Shown: positions 49,301-59,907 of the stretch, piece after piece
Position numbering within the stretch: the first letter of the stretch is position 1
Layout: each line of letters starts with the position of its first letter
Source: Lobosporangium transversale
Lineage: Eukaryota
Length of the DNA stretch: 64,000 bases
Direction of reading: 5' to 3'
Assembly: GCF_002105155.1 (NCBI RefSeq)
Contig: NW_019029019.1
Coordinates: 62,001 to 126,000 of the forward strand
Made by a program: the position numbers and the translations under genes
The notes under the pieces: model-generated
What the model was told of the DNA's origin: nothing
The model's database searches: none
Seen by the model: only the letters and a program-made list of their open reading frames with translations

Positions 49301-52300
49301 GCTCGCACTAGACTGTACTCTAGGAGTGAGCGATGGATAAACCGGTGCTGGTTGCCTGTACGAGTAAGCGGTGACGCCTCGCGTAGAAGGTTCCTTCCAT
49401 TATCCTTATCCTTGGATGGTGAGTAGTCCACTACTGGGTTGTCATCTTGATGCCTGTAGATTGCTATGGCTAGCTCGGTGAGATATCTGATCCCATTCTG
49501 TGCAAACCCTTCATCTAATAGCTTGTGGTACATCCTTCTGTCTTCCAGCCCTAATGCATCGCTTAGTCGCTTCTTGCCTCGCTCGAGTCACTGCTCAACG
49601 AACTGGTCATACAGCGTGACGCGTTTGATCTTGGTGTTGGAGCCTCCTTGATCTGGATCTACCATTCGAGGGAGTACTTCAAGCGACATCGATAGAATGA
49701 ATGGGTTCTTCACAAGGTCATGGAGACTAGAAAATTGTTTGAGCGCACGTCGGTAATCCTCCACATGCCACAGTGGATCCATGGCATCGACATATTGTTC
49801 GATATAGTCATTGATCTGTGCCTCAGAGAATGGGATGATCATAGCTTCTTCAAACAACCCAGCATCTGCTTGGTGATTGCGGTCCATAGGCTGGAACCGA
49901 TCTCGATAGTCCAATCCAAGGTACTCACTGCGACAGCTAATCACCATCTGAGCTATCCACTCTCCAGACTTATTCAGTTGGTTGGCAACATACAAATTGC
50001 AGGTCTGCATACTTTCATCATATCCATCACAGATTAGGATGAATGATCGACTCTTCTTCAGCTCCCTGATCTGTGAGTCTGTAAAGTCATAGTCTCGCAG
50101 CTGCTTTGCAACTAGATCCTTCTCTGGCTTGTCGATGGCTGGGAGGTTGATAAACAGTGGGATTCGACCATGTCTCTTTTGGTATGTCTCCCAGAGTGTG
50201 CGCTCCAAAGTGCGATTGAATGTAGACTTGCCTGCTCCTGAGTCTCCTTGGACAAGTAGCACTTTCTGGTCGCTATCTAGGAGCTCTTTCACCTTGTCCA
50301 TCAGCAAGAACAGCTTGTCATCGCTTGCTTGAGGACTTGCTTTGGCATACTGTTGGATGTAGAATCCTTGGTTGTTTCCAACCTCCATCCGCTGTCTCTT
50401 TAGTTGCCGTAGACTGTCCTCAACATTGGGCCTATTTTGTGCACGGTCAAGCAAGCGTGAAGATGTAGGTCGAGGATGTGTGATGATGAAGGGATGCTGA
50501 GCCATTGGCTCTTGAAGACAATTCCTATATAGCTCTTGTTTCTTAAGGTCTCCATATTTCTCTAGTTCATCCAAGAGAGTATCTGCAGCTGAAAAGAGAA
50601 GGAATAATGGTATGTGTATGGAGTGAGTAGATAAATCATCATACACTGAGCATCGCCAACATCCAAGCTAATCCACAGAAAAAGAGAAAAAATAAGCACC
50701 TTGTAGACCATCCGGCGGTAATGAGGATAGCTCTCTAAGGATACTTATGACCCACTGCTTGATATGTGCATGGCTACCCCACTCTTGGTCATTCTTGTAG
50801 ATCTCTCCTAGGAGTGTGATGGCATCCTGTCGAGTATTCATGGTCCACTGTGTATCTGCTGGAATCTGTCCCAGCCTCTGACATAGTCCCCATTGGAATG
50901 CTGCATCATTTCGACAGGATGCTTCACACACAAGAGCCTTGAACTTGGTGAACTCACCTCCCTGGAGTAGTGCATCCGTTCCGCGCAGTGCTGGATACCA
51001 TGCTGACTTGTGACTAAAGCTGAATCCTTCTTCCATACACTGTCTGAATGTTGAGCCGCTCTCATGTAATAAGTCTGCACCAGTATATACTTTCAGACCC
51101 ATACCAACGGTCCTTGTTACAGAAGGAAGTCCTCTCTGAATGCTGCTTATCTCATCCATGAAGGCATTCAGATCTAAGCCTTTGACTGCACTCGCTACTC
51201 CAAACACTCCTCGGAGCACTGCTGATGTCCGTCGGAGCATGGCTTGCATTGTTGATTCGTCGTCAGGTATATATTGCAAGGCTTGGTAGGCATAAGCAGC
51301 CTGATAGACTAGTTGAGGATCTGAGCTGTCTTTAGTCCCTGGAGGTATGCTGCAAGTGGTTTATGGAGTTGCTCTCGTTTCAGACCTTTGACTTGGATGT
51401 TGACCATGGCATCGAGGACATGTGAAACTGTAGCAGACAGGCGATAGAGATGTTCGGTAGACTGGCCATGTGTGCCTTGTAAGTGAGAATTGAGGGTGTT
51501 GAGGATTGTGACGAGGTCATCGGAGTCAAGATGTCCAGGAGGAGCACACTGCATCAGCCGAGCCAATCCCTCCAGCAAATGAGTCTCCAGCATAATGTTC
51601 TGGCTGATCCCATTGATCAAAGCCATGAGCAGTGTTCTGAATTGTGCTTGATCAAGGACTGGGGAGAGAGCCACAACCTCAGCGACAGATGCCTCGGTTT
51701 TGATCTCATCGCTGATGAATATTTCAATCACATCTGAAGCCAGTTTACACAGTTGTTCATGTTCATCTTGATCGTGCGATATAGCCTGTCGCCACTTCTT
51801 CTCGAGATCATTGAGATCATTTGTTTGGGTAGGAGCGAGTGATAGCAGAGATAGGCAATATACAAGCTGGTGGATATCATTCAAGTGAGCACCAGCATCA
51901 GGTAAGCCGCGCTTGGTGGCTATTAGAGGCTCACCTTGGTTGAATATAGAGTTGTAAATAGTTGCAGTGGTACGCACTGGTGCTGCTTTCACCATTCTAT
52001 TCGGTCTATTGCTCCTGGCCCCGCTGATTGGTTGTTTGGTGATGTTGCTGCTATTATTGCTATCATTGTTAGTGTTATTGTTGCCTTGGATGTAGCCCCA
52101 TTTCTTTGCTTTTTTGTGACGTTTTTGAGCATCATTTGAGTGACCCAGATGTTCAAGTAGGTGGGCGAGTTCATAGTAGGCAGAGGCAATACCTTGGCGC
52201 AATGTCATGTCTTCATTCGAAGCTGAAGAGGCTGAAGATATTGAGGCAAGGGACTTTTGCACAACCGCTGCATTCGAGAGAGCACAGAATCAGCATTGAG

Positions 52301-52429
52301 GCATAACTCCATTACTATGTCGTTATCGTCGTCTATGGTGCGAGTGCCCTGCATGTAGAAATCGAAGAGCCTCAAAGCCTGTGCTGGCGAGAGCGCACGT
52401 TGTGATGGGGAATTGATAGTGCCTAAAAT
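46339..52429 (-). pseudogene. NLR-like gene, copy 3 (full length, disrupted)
   Basis: Colinear with copy 2. The start codon is mutated ATG to ATT (52429). Frameshifts near 52262, 51330, 48130 and 46800. Nonsense codons at 49588 and 48409 (TGG to TGA) and at 47895. An 8-aa deletion lies near 49400. The homologous intron is 50699-50589. Confidence 0.9.
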
Positions 52430-52518
52430 GGATTGTTGCCCTGGACTATACCATATTAAGGTCTTTGAGATTTTTGCGGGAAGAATGGTGTTAAAGGATT
52501 GATTGAGGGTGGCAAATG

Positions 52519-52561
<43 letters not shown>

Positions 52562-53645
52562 GAAATGAGGATGGATTGTGTGATGTGAAGGATGAAAGAG
52601 GAATGTAGAACGAAAGCTTGAATGCATGCGGCTTGTTTCAAAGCCTGAAGAGATTGCGTCTTCATCCTTCTCTCGCTCCCATGGCTTTGTGGAACTATCA
52701 TTTCAGCAAATTCACGGTTGGTTACATGCAACAATGCATGTCAACCAACGAACAAATTGCTCTACCACTCATTCCTTGCCACATCTTAGTGCTAATGGCC
52801 ACTTTGCTGTAATGAACATCAAAATTGAAGAACATTTTTTGTCAACGTTTTCGAAAAAAAAATATCTCCCTTTGTACTATTACAAGCTATCTGGTTCGCC
52901 ATCACTGCCTGAGGAAACCATCCATGGCCTTGTCAATGAAGGCTTTGGTGACTGATAGCCAAGGGAAAAAGCTGTTTCTATATTGTTTTCAGGCGAGTGC
53001 CTTTTATTTAGCCTCCGCCACGACCACCACACAACGTTCTAACCTTTTAAATAAATGGGCATGCCCTTGGAATGCACTTCTAAGCATCAATAGGTGACGA
53101 GTAGCAGTCAAGAACTGAACTTGCAGCATCATCTTGAAGCCTCTGGATACCCTCTTTTTGAGACATATTGATAAAGGCTTAAAAAGTGCTTCCAAGACTA
53201 GGAGCCACAAGACATAGTTTCTGATTTCGAAGCTCTCATCGAGATGATAGAAAGGTCCTAGGTGATAGGAACTTCGATCAAAACAATCAGTTGATTGAGT
53301 TGTTACCAAAAGGGAGCTCTATTTGAGACGAATGTTTATTCCTGTTCCAGTTCACAAGACACAGTAATATACAGATGTATAATTAATTATTTATTTTGTC
53401 TAGGAAGCTGCTCGTGTTGTGTTTTCGACTAAGTCAGAAATGTATGCTGAAGCAAGTTGCATGTTTCGCTGCTGAATGTTGCACTGCTGCATTGTTGGGC
53501 TGTTGTAATGGTGCGCTGTTGCAATGTTTGCATGTTATGCATGTTGTTGCGATGGAATGGTCGAAATAGAGTTTGATCGTTCTGCAAGAGGCTGTTGCTT
53601 TGATGGTTTGAATGCAGATGTTTCAATTTGGTGGCGCACTTGCCA

Positions 53646-53716
53646 AGACAAGACAAACGAGACAAGACAAGACAAACGAGACAAGACAAGACAAACGAGA
53701 CAAGACAAGACAACGA
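53646..53716. repeat. Tandem GACAA/GACAAACGA repeats within the IR arm (mirrored at about 58171-58241)
   Basis: Direct reading, with a higher-order unit of about 19 bp. Confidence 0.85.
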
Positions 53717-54767
53717 GCTCGATAGACAGTTCTGCAGGTCTAAGAAAGTGGGCAGAAAAAGGAGATGCCCAGACAAGCACAGCATGCTGGCCTTGCGACA
53801 AAGACTTGGACTCTAGAGAAAGGACAATAAAAGCTGCGGCTTTCTCATTATGAAGTCACCATTGCCATATAAACATGACGATGCCAGAAAGATCTTTTTT
53901 TTATTTCCATTTTGACACCCATAATGGGCAGTAGAGTGTTGATGGGTAGTTGTGCATAAATAAATAACAAAAAGACACCAGACTCTTCGCCTGTCTGCCG
54001 CGAAGCAGACAGCCCAGGGCGCACCACGTGGAGGTGGTCTGGTTGCGCGCCCCCCGGTCCATAAACCCTAGAGCAGTCTACCGACACGCCCGTCGCAGGG
54101 CCCAACCCGCCATCCAACCTACAGCGTCCTGCAGGCTGCAAATGGAGTCCGTTGGACATTGGCTAGTACTCTCGAGCGCACTAACTCAATGCTTTGGAGG
54201 CCGTTACACCGTTACAGATTCAAAAGAGAGAGGAAAGAGAGGCCTTTTTATACGTTGTCAGGACCTAGTGGCTTGCTTTCTTTTCATCTGTCACCAACCT
54301 TTGACATGGTCGATCGATTGTGGGACCTTTTTTCCGTATGAAAAGCGCTTCGCAATTTGGAGGTTTTTTCATCTTTTTTCAACAAAGTGCAGTCCCATTT
54401 CCCCTCTAATGCTATTGAATGAAAACCCATTTAATTTCTCTTCATCCTCTGAAATATCCAACAAGCATCCATCTGGCTACAATCCCATCTGCCTTTGACA
54501 ATCAACAGCATCCTGGCTCTTTTTATTTTTATTTTCGTTTGCAGCTCTTTGCTGCGTGGTCTGTGCTCTCATACCAACAGAGTTTGTTTGTTTGCTTGTT
54601 TTGGTAAGATTGCAAGACAACAAAGAGAGCAGAGAGTGGGCGGAGTGGGGTGAATATATTTTACTGCACTATGACACAGAGATGTAGATGTGCGTAGTCG
54701 CAACCTTAAACAAAGCTATCCCGAGAAACACATTGTCTTGCCTGTCTTACTGCTTTGAGGAACTGCA

Positions 54768-54843
54768 TTGTCAGGATTGTCAGGATTGTCAGGATTGTCA
54801 GGGTGGTCGGGATTGTCAGGATTGTTAGGATTATTAGGATTGC
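54768..54843. repeat. 9-bp minisatellite (TGTCAGGAT)n within the IR arm (mirrored at about 57044-57119)
   Basis: About 8 imperfect 9-bp units, read as NPD repeats in the ORF track. Confidence 0.85.
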
Positions 54844-55594
54844 GATAGAAAAGGTAGACAGTATCGCAGCATTGCACCATGTTTATTAGATATTTCACAC
54901 CGTCAAGCCATATTTGATTATACAACTCACAACAATTGACTGCGGATGAAAAAGAAAAAAAAAAAAAAAAAAATTACATACCAAGTTGCCTATCCACTTC
55001 TCGTCTAACATTGGTGGCAAAAGAAATCAAAGCACTAAACTCAGGTCTAACCTTCCTGAATCTTCTTCACCATCATTGCTAAATGTTTAATTAGCATGCA
55101 ATTGCCATTTGTTCACTCCTGTCTCATTGCATTGATTGTAGAAAAAGAAAATAGTCCTTTATGTATTTTTGTTTTTGCTCATGAGACTTTGGACTAAGGA
55201 GTATCATATTATGGATCCGCTGCAATAATGCTCTGTAAAGCTGAATGGGCTTTATCGCTTTTTTCTTCACTCCTTGGTCTTACTTAGTCACTTCTCTTCC
55301 GCTTCTCTCTCGCTTCTTGACCTGTCTCTCTTAACCACTTCTCTCTTCGCTTCTTGACCTGTCTCTCTTAACCACCTCTCTCTCCACTTCTTGCACACCG
55401 CATATCTCTGTTCATATCCCTTACTCCTGGGACACCGGAACAGCTGCACCGAATTATTGACAGACATTTCGATCGAACCAGGGCTTTTGAACAGCGTCAT
55501 GATGACAATTCTATCGGATACCCTAACTTCAACCCTATCATTCATTCCGAAGGAAATGAGGAACTTTCTGAAGTAGCTAACGCATCTGAATGAG

Positions 55595-56160
55595 TTCCTG
55601 TTAGCAAATTTATCACACGCTTCGGACATCCCAAGACATGCAAATGAAGTCCCATCATCATCTGCAAGTAGTTCGATTCCGGAGAACAGAATTTTACCAA
55701 TATACTAAGGACGGTGGCAGCAGCAGCTATTAAGTATTTAATGGACCTACGGTTGACATGCGTCAAGGTGTAAATGATCTTGAAGAGGAGGGGTGCTGAT
55801 GCCTTTTTTTTTTTTTTTTTTTTTTTTCAATTAGATTTACTGAGCCAGCGTAGAGGACAGATTGTTGGCTAGGGACTTCAGATTGTCAGTTCAAGTAAGC
55901 TCCTCGAGCTCGCTTTTTGCACCTTCAACGACAATTCCTGCTATGGTTTCAGAGAAATCGCCAGATCCATTGTGAAGCCCTTCGGATTTAATCGCAAGGC
56001 CCAGATCCTGAATATGGAGCCAGGCCTTTGTTTTTGTAAAAGCTTTGGATACTTCTTCAATGTTCTGGTTATCCAAACTGAACACATCTAATAGGAGCTG
56101 AGCCAATGGTTATTCGTTTATTTCCATCACATTAAGTATCTCGAGCAGGTGTAATCATCC
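55595..56160 (-). pseudogene. Truncated, decayed N-terminal part of a DUF6589-like (putative transposase-associated) protein
   Basis: Peptides LLEILNVME..TLAQLLLDVFS, IVVEGAKSELEEL and APLLFKIIYTL...ATVLSILVKFCSPESNYLQMMMGLHLHVLGCPKRVINLL fit the SIL..RS..SN.FQ..MGLFL...G.PKRVI..L pattern I recall from fungal DUF6589 proteins. Not search-verified. Confidence 0.6.
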
Positions 56161-59100
56161 TTTGGACGACATGTAAAAGGAGTTATGTTGATCTTAACCA
56201 ACTCCTCCTGCTACTTAGATGTAACAGCTTCAGCAGGCACTGGCACTCCCGTTGCTGTGTGTTTTTTCTAGCGCTCATCCTTTGCATTCTAGAAGTAAGG
56301 GATGTGAACAGAGATATGAGAGATAGCTGTAGGATTCATGGATACTTTGATATTTGGTTCTGGCATTGATAATAAGGCCTTGCGATTATAAATATAGAGT
56401 GTAGTATAGTATACAAACTTATGAAGAAGCCACTTTGGTAGCGGAGGTGCCTTACTGAGACTCGTCGCGGATTGGTTGTAGAGAGGTGGTGTGCAAGAAG
56501 TGAAGAGAGAGGTGGTTAAGAGAGACAGGTCAAGAAGCGAAGAGAGAAGTGGTTAAGAGAGACAGGTCAAGAAGCGAGAGAGAAGCGGAAGAGAAGTGAC
56601 TAAGTAAGACCAAGGAGTGAAGAAAAAAGCGATAAAGCCCATTCAGCTTTACAGAGCATTATTGCAGCGGATCCATAATATGATACTCCTTAGTCCAAAG
56701 TCTCATGAGCAAAAACAAAAATACATAAAGGACTATTTTCTTTTTCTACAATCAATGCAATGAGACAGGAGTGAACAAATGGCAATTGCATGCTAATTAA
56801 ACATTTAGCAATGATGGTGAAGAAGATTCAGGAAGGTTAGACCTGAGTTTAGTGCTTTGATTTCTTTTGCCACCAATGTTAGACGAGAAGTGGATAGGCA
56901 ACTTGGTATGTAATTTTTTTTTTTTTTTTTTTCTTTTTCATCCGCAGTCAATTGTTGTGAGTTGTATAATCAAATATGGCTTGACGGTGTGAAATATCTA
57001 ATAAACATGGTGCAATGCTGCGATACTGTCTACCTTTTCTATCGCAATCCTAATAATCCTAACAATCCTGACAATCCCGACCACCCTGACAATCCTGACA
57101 ATCCTGACAATCCTGACAATGCAGTTCCTCAAAGCAGTAAGACAGGCAAGACAATGTGTTTCTCGGGATAGCTTTGTTTAAGGTTGCGACTACGCACATC
57201 TACATCTCTGTGTCATAGTGCAGTAAAATATATTCACCCCACTCCGCCCACTCTCTGCTCTCTTTGTTGTCTTGCAATCTTACCAAAACAAGCAAACAAA
57301 CAAACTCTGTTGGTATGAGAGCACAGACCACGCAGCAAAGAGCTGCAAACGAAAATAAAAATAAAAAGAGCCAGGATGCTGTTGATTGTCAAAGGCAGAT
57401 GGGATTGTAGCCAGATGGATGCTTGTTGGATATTTCAGAGGATGAAGAGAAATTAAATGGGTTTTCATTCAATAGCATTAGAGGGGAAATGGGACTGCAC
57501 TTTGTTGAAAAAAGATGAAAAAACCTCCAAATTGCGAAGCGCTTTTCATACGGAAAAAAGGTCCCACAATCGATCGACCATGTCAAAGGTTGGTGACAGA
57601 TGAAAAGAAAGCAAGCCACTAGGTCCTGACAACGTATAAAAAGGCCTCTCTTTCCTCTCTCTTTTGAATCTGTAACGGTGTAACGGCCTCCAAAGCATTG
57701 AGTTAGTGCGCTCGAGAGTACTAGCCAATGTCCAACGGACTCCATTTGCAGCCTGCAGGACGCTGTAGGTTGGATGGCGGGTTGGGCCCTGCGACGGGCG
57801 TGTCGGTAGACTGCTCTAGGGTTTATGGACCGGGGGGCGCGCAACCAGACCACCTCCACGTGGTGCGCCCTGGGCTGTCTGCTTCGCGGCAGACAGGCGA
57901 AGAGTCTGGTGTCTTTTTGTTATTTATTTATGCACAACTACCCATCAACACTCTACTGCCCATTATGGGTGTCAAAATGGAAATAAAAAAAAGATCTTTC
58001 TGGCATCGTCATGTTTATATGGCAATGGTGACTTCATAATGAGAAAGCCGCAGCTTTTATTGTCCTTTCTCTAGAGTCCAAGTCTTTGTCGCAAGGCCAG
58101 CATGCTGTGCTTGTCTGGGCATCTCCTTTTTCTGCCCACTTTCTTAGACCTGCAGAACTGTCTATCGAGCTCGTTGTCTTGTCTTGTCTCGTTTGTCTTG
58201 TCTTGTCTCGTTTGTCTTGTCTTGTCTCGTTTGTCTTGTCTTGGCAAGTGCGCCACCAAATTGAAACATCTGCATTCAAACCATCAAAGCAACAGCCTCT
58301 TGCAGAACGATCAAACTCTATTTCGACCATTCCATCGCAACAACATGCATAACATGCAAACATTGCAACAGCGCACCATTACAACAGCCCAACAATGCAG
58401 CAGTGCAACATTCAGCAGCGAAACATGCAACTTGCTTCAGCATACATTTCTGACTTAGTCGAAAACACAACACGAGCAGCTTCCTAGACAAAATAAATAA
58501 TTAATTATACATCTGTATATTACTGTGTCTTGTGAACTGGAGCAGCTATAAATACTCGTCTCAAATAGGACTCATATTTAACCAGGTCATCTCATATGTG
58601 TTCTACAGGTAAGCCTTTGTAGCATCCAGAGTGTTATTCTCACCTAGCAGCTACATTAATAAAAAGGTATAGAAATATAAAAAAAGACTAAAGCATCATT
58701 GATCAGCAAACTCTTTCTTGATTCTACTCCCATGGCTTGAATACACTTCCAAAGAAATGATGAGCACCTAAATGTTCACCTTTGCCTTTATTCTCTCATT
58801 TGTGCATACACTCTTAATGAATGAAGCTACTAAGTCTGTGTAATAAGGCACGCAGTATTTTCAAGCCGCGATTTGCAAAGAAAGTGTATGTAATTTTTTT
58901 TTCTTTTTCTTTTTTTTTTTCCTCAGCAGTCTGCTTGTAACTGTTTTTGGAAAAGGAAAGAAGGGGCTCTAGGGAGAGGACAATCTCTATACATGGTTAT
59001 GGATGGGTCTCCAGGACAATAGAATGAAATGAGATCAATAGTGTTTAGAAAGAGTACATATACAAACCTTGCACCTCGTTAATGTTACGCTGCTCTGTTG

Positions 59101-59907
59101 GTATTGTCGGAATCAGATCTTTTCTGTTAATTAACTATAGCGCTATTATGTAGCTCGACCGCCCACCAACTCAAGCTACGTTGATGTGTTCTCCTTGACT
59201 GAGGCATTCACCATCCGCACTTTTTTTTTATTCAATAGTTTTAAAACTACTACAGGCATAAGGCTTAATTGAGAGACATCATTTACGTGATGAAGCAATG
59301 CAAACACGAACTTCGCTTGACACTCTGTCTCCATATTGGCGCCCAATATGAAGCAGTAGTTTCCCCTCTGTTACCCCTCCAGGGATAATGTTGGTCCCTT
59401 GCACCTCTTTCTTTTATTTATCTGTTAGTGTACTTTTAATTTATTATTTTCTTATCCGACTTGAAGAGAATCCAATGGATTCCATCAACACAAGTTGCAT
59501 TAAGCGCCGTTTAATGCAGAGCAATAAGTTGAAAACAACAGATATCTCGTCTCGTGTACTGGACAGATATAAGTGTGGTAACCCAATGATCTTCGTTGAA
59601 CTCTAGTTTTGTACTCGACGAAATATGCCAAAGACAACAATGAATCGTTTGCAATTAAGTTGAATGGAGGATTATCTCCAATCAAAACAACAGAGCATTG
59701 GATGCAGTGTGAACGGTTCCGCGTGTAGAGAGAGCATATTCCTCACCAAGATGAAAATAAATAAAGTTGGGTTGTCAAGCAATCACCTTCAGGACATCAT
59801 ATTTTATTCAAAAGGAGCGTACGCATACTACAAGTGCTTTCTTATTTCTATGATGGTTTATTAACAAATACTCTTTTGATTTTATTTATTCTAAATGATT
59901 AGCTTCT

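Larger units (their letters stand above)
53314..58573. mobile_element. Long-inverted-repeat (foldback/TIR-type) element: arms 53314-55399 and 56488-58573, spacer 1,088 bp
   Basis: Mirrored coordinates sum to 111887 throughout. Nine ORF pairs in the track have identical translations on opposite strands. Termini GAGCTCTATTTGAGACG and GAGTCCTATTTGAGACG. No target-site duplication found. Confidence 0.85.

Noticed and set aside
46339..52429. RIP as the cause of NLR pseudogenisation
   Set aside because: Some stops are C-to-T or G-to-A, but indels and transversions are common, there is no AT-rich depletion, and the perfect 2-kb repeat is unmutated. RIP is not established in this lineage.
52860..53313. 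Coding-like relic left of the IR (e.g. EPQDIVSDFEALIEMIER)
   Set aside because: Too fragmentary and stop-ridden to assign without a search.
54768..54843. Short repeats as a CRISPR-like array or NPD-repeat protein
   Set aside because: Contiguous 9-bp units with no spacers, in eukaryotic DNA. The ORF is short and lacks a true ATG context.
53429..58458. Mirrored ORF pairs in the arms as duplicated genes
   Set aside because: They are by-products of the inverted repeat and its tandem repeats, with no recognisable domains.
53300..58590. Target-site duplication for the large IR element
   Set aside because: The flanks (TTACCAAAAGG and ATATTTAACCAGG) share no convincing direct repeat, so no superfamily was assigned.
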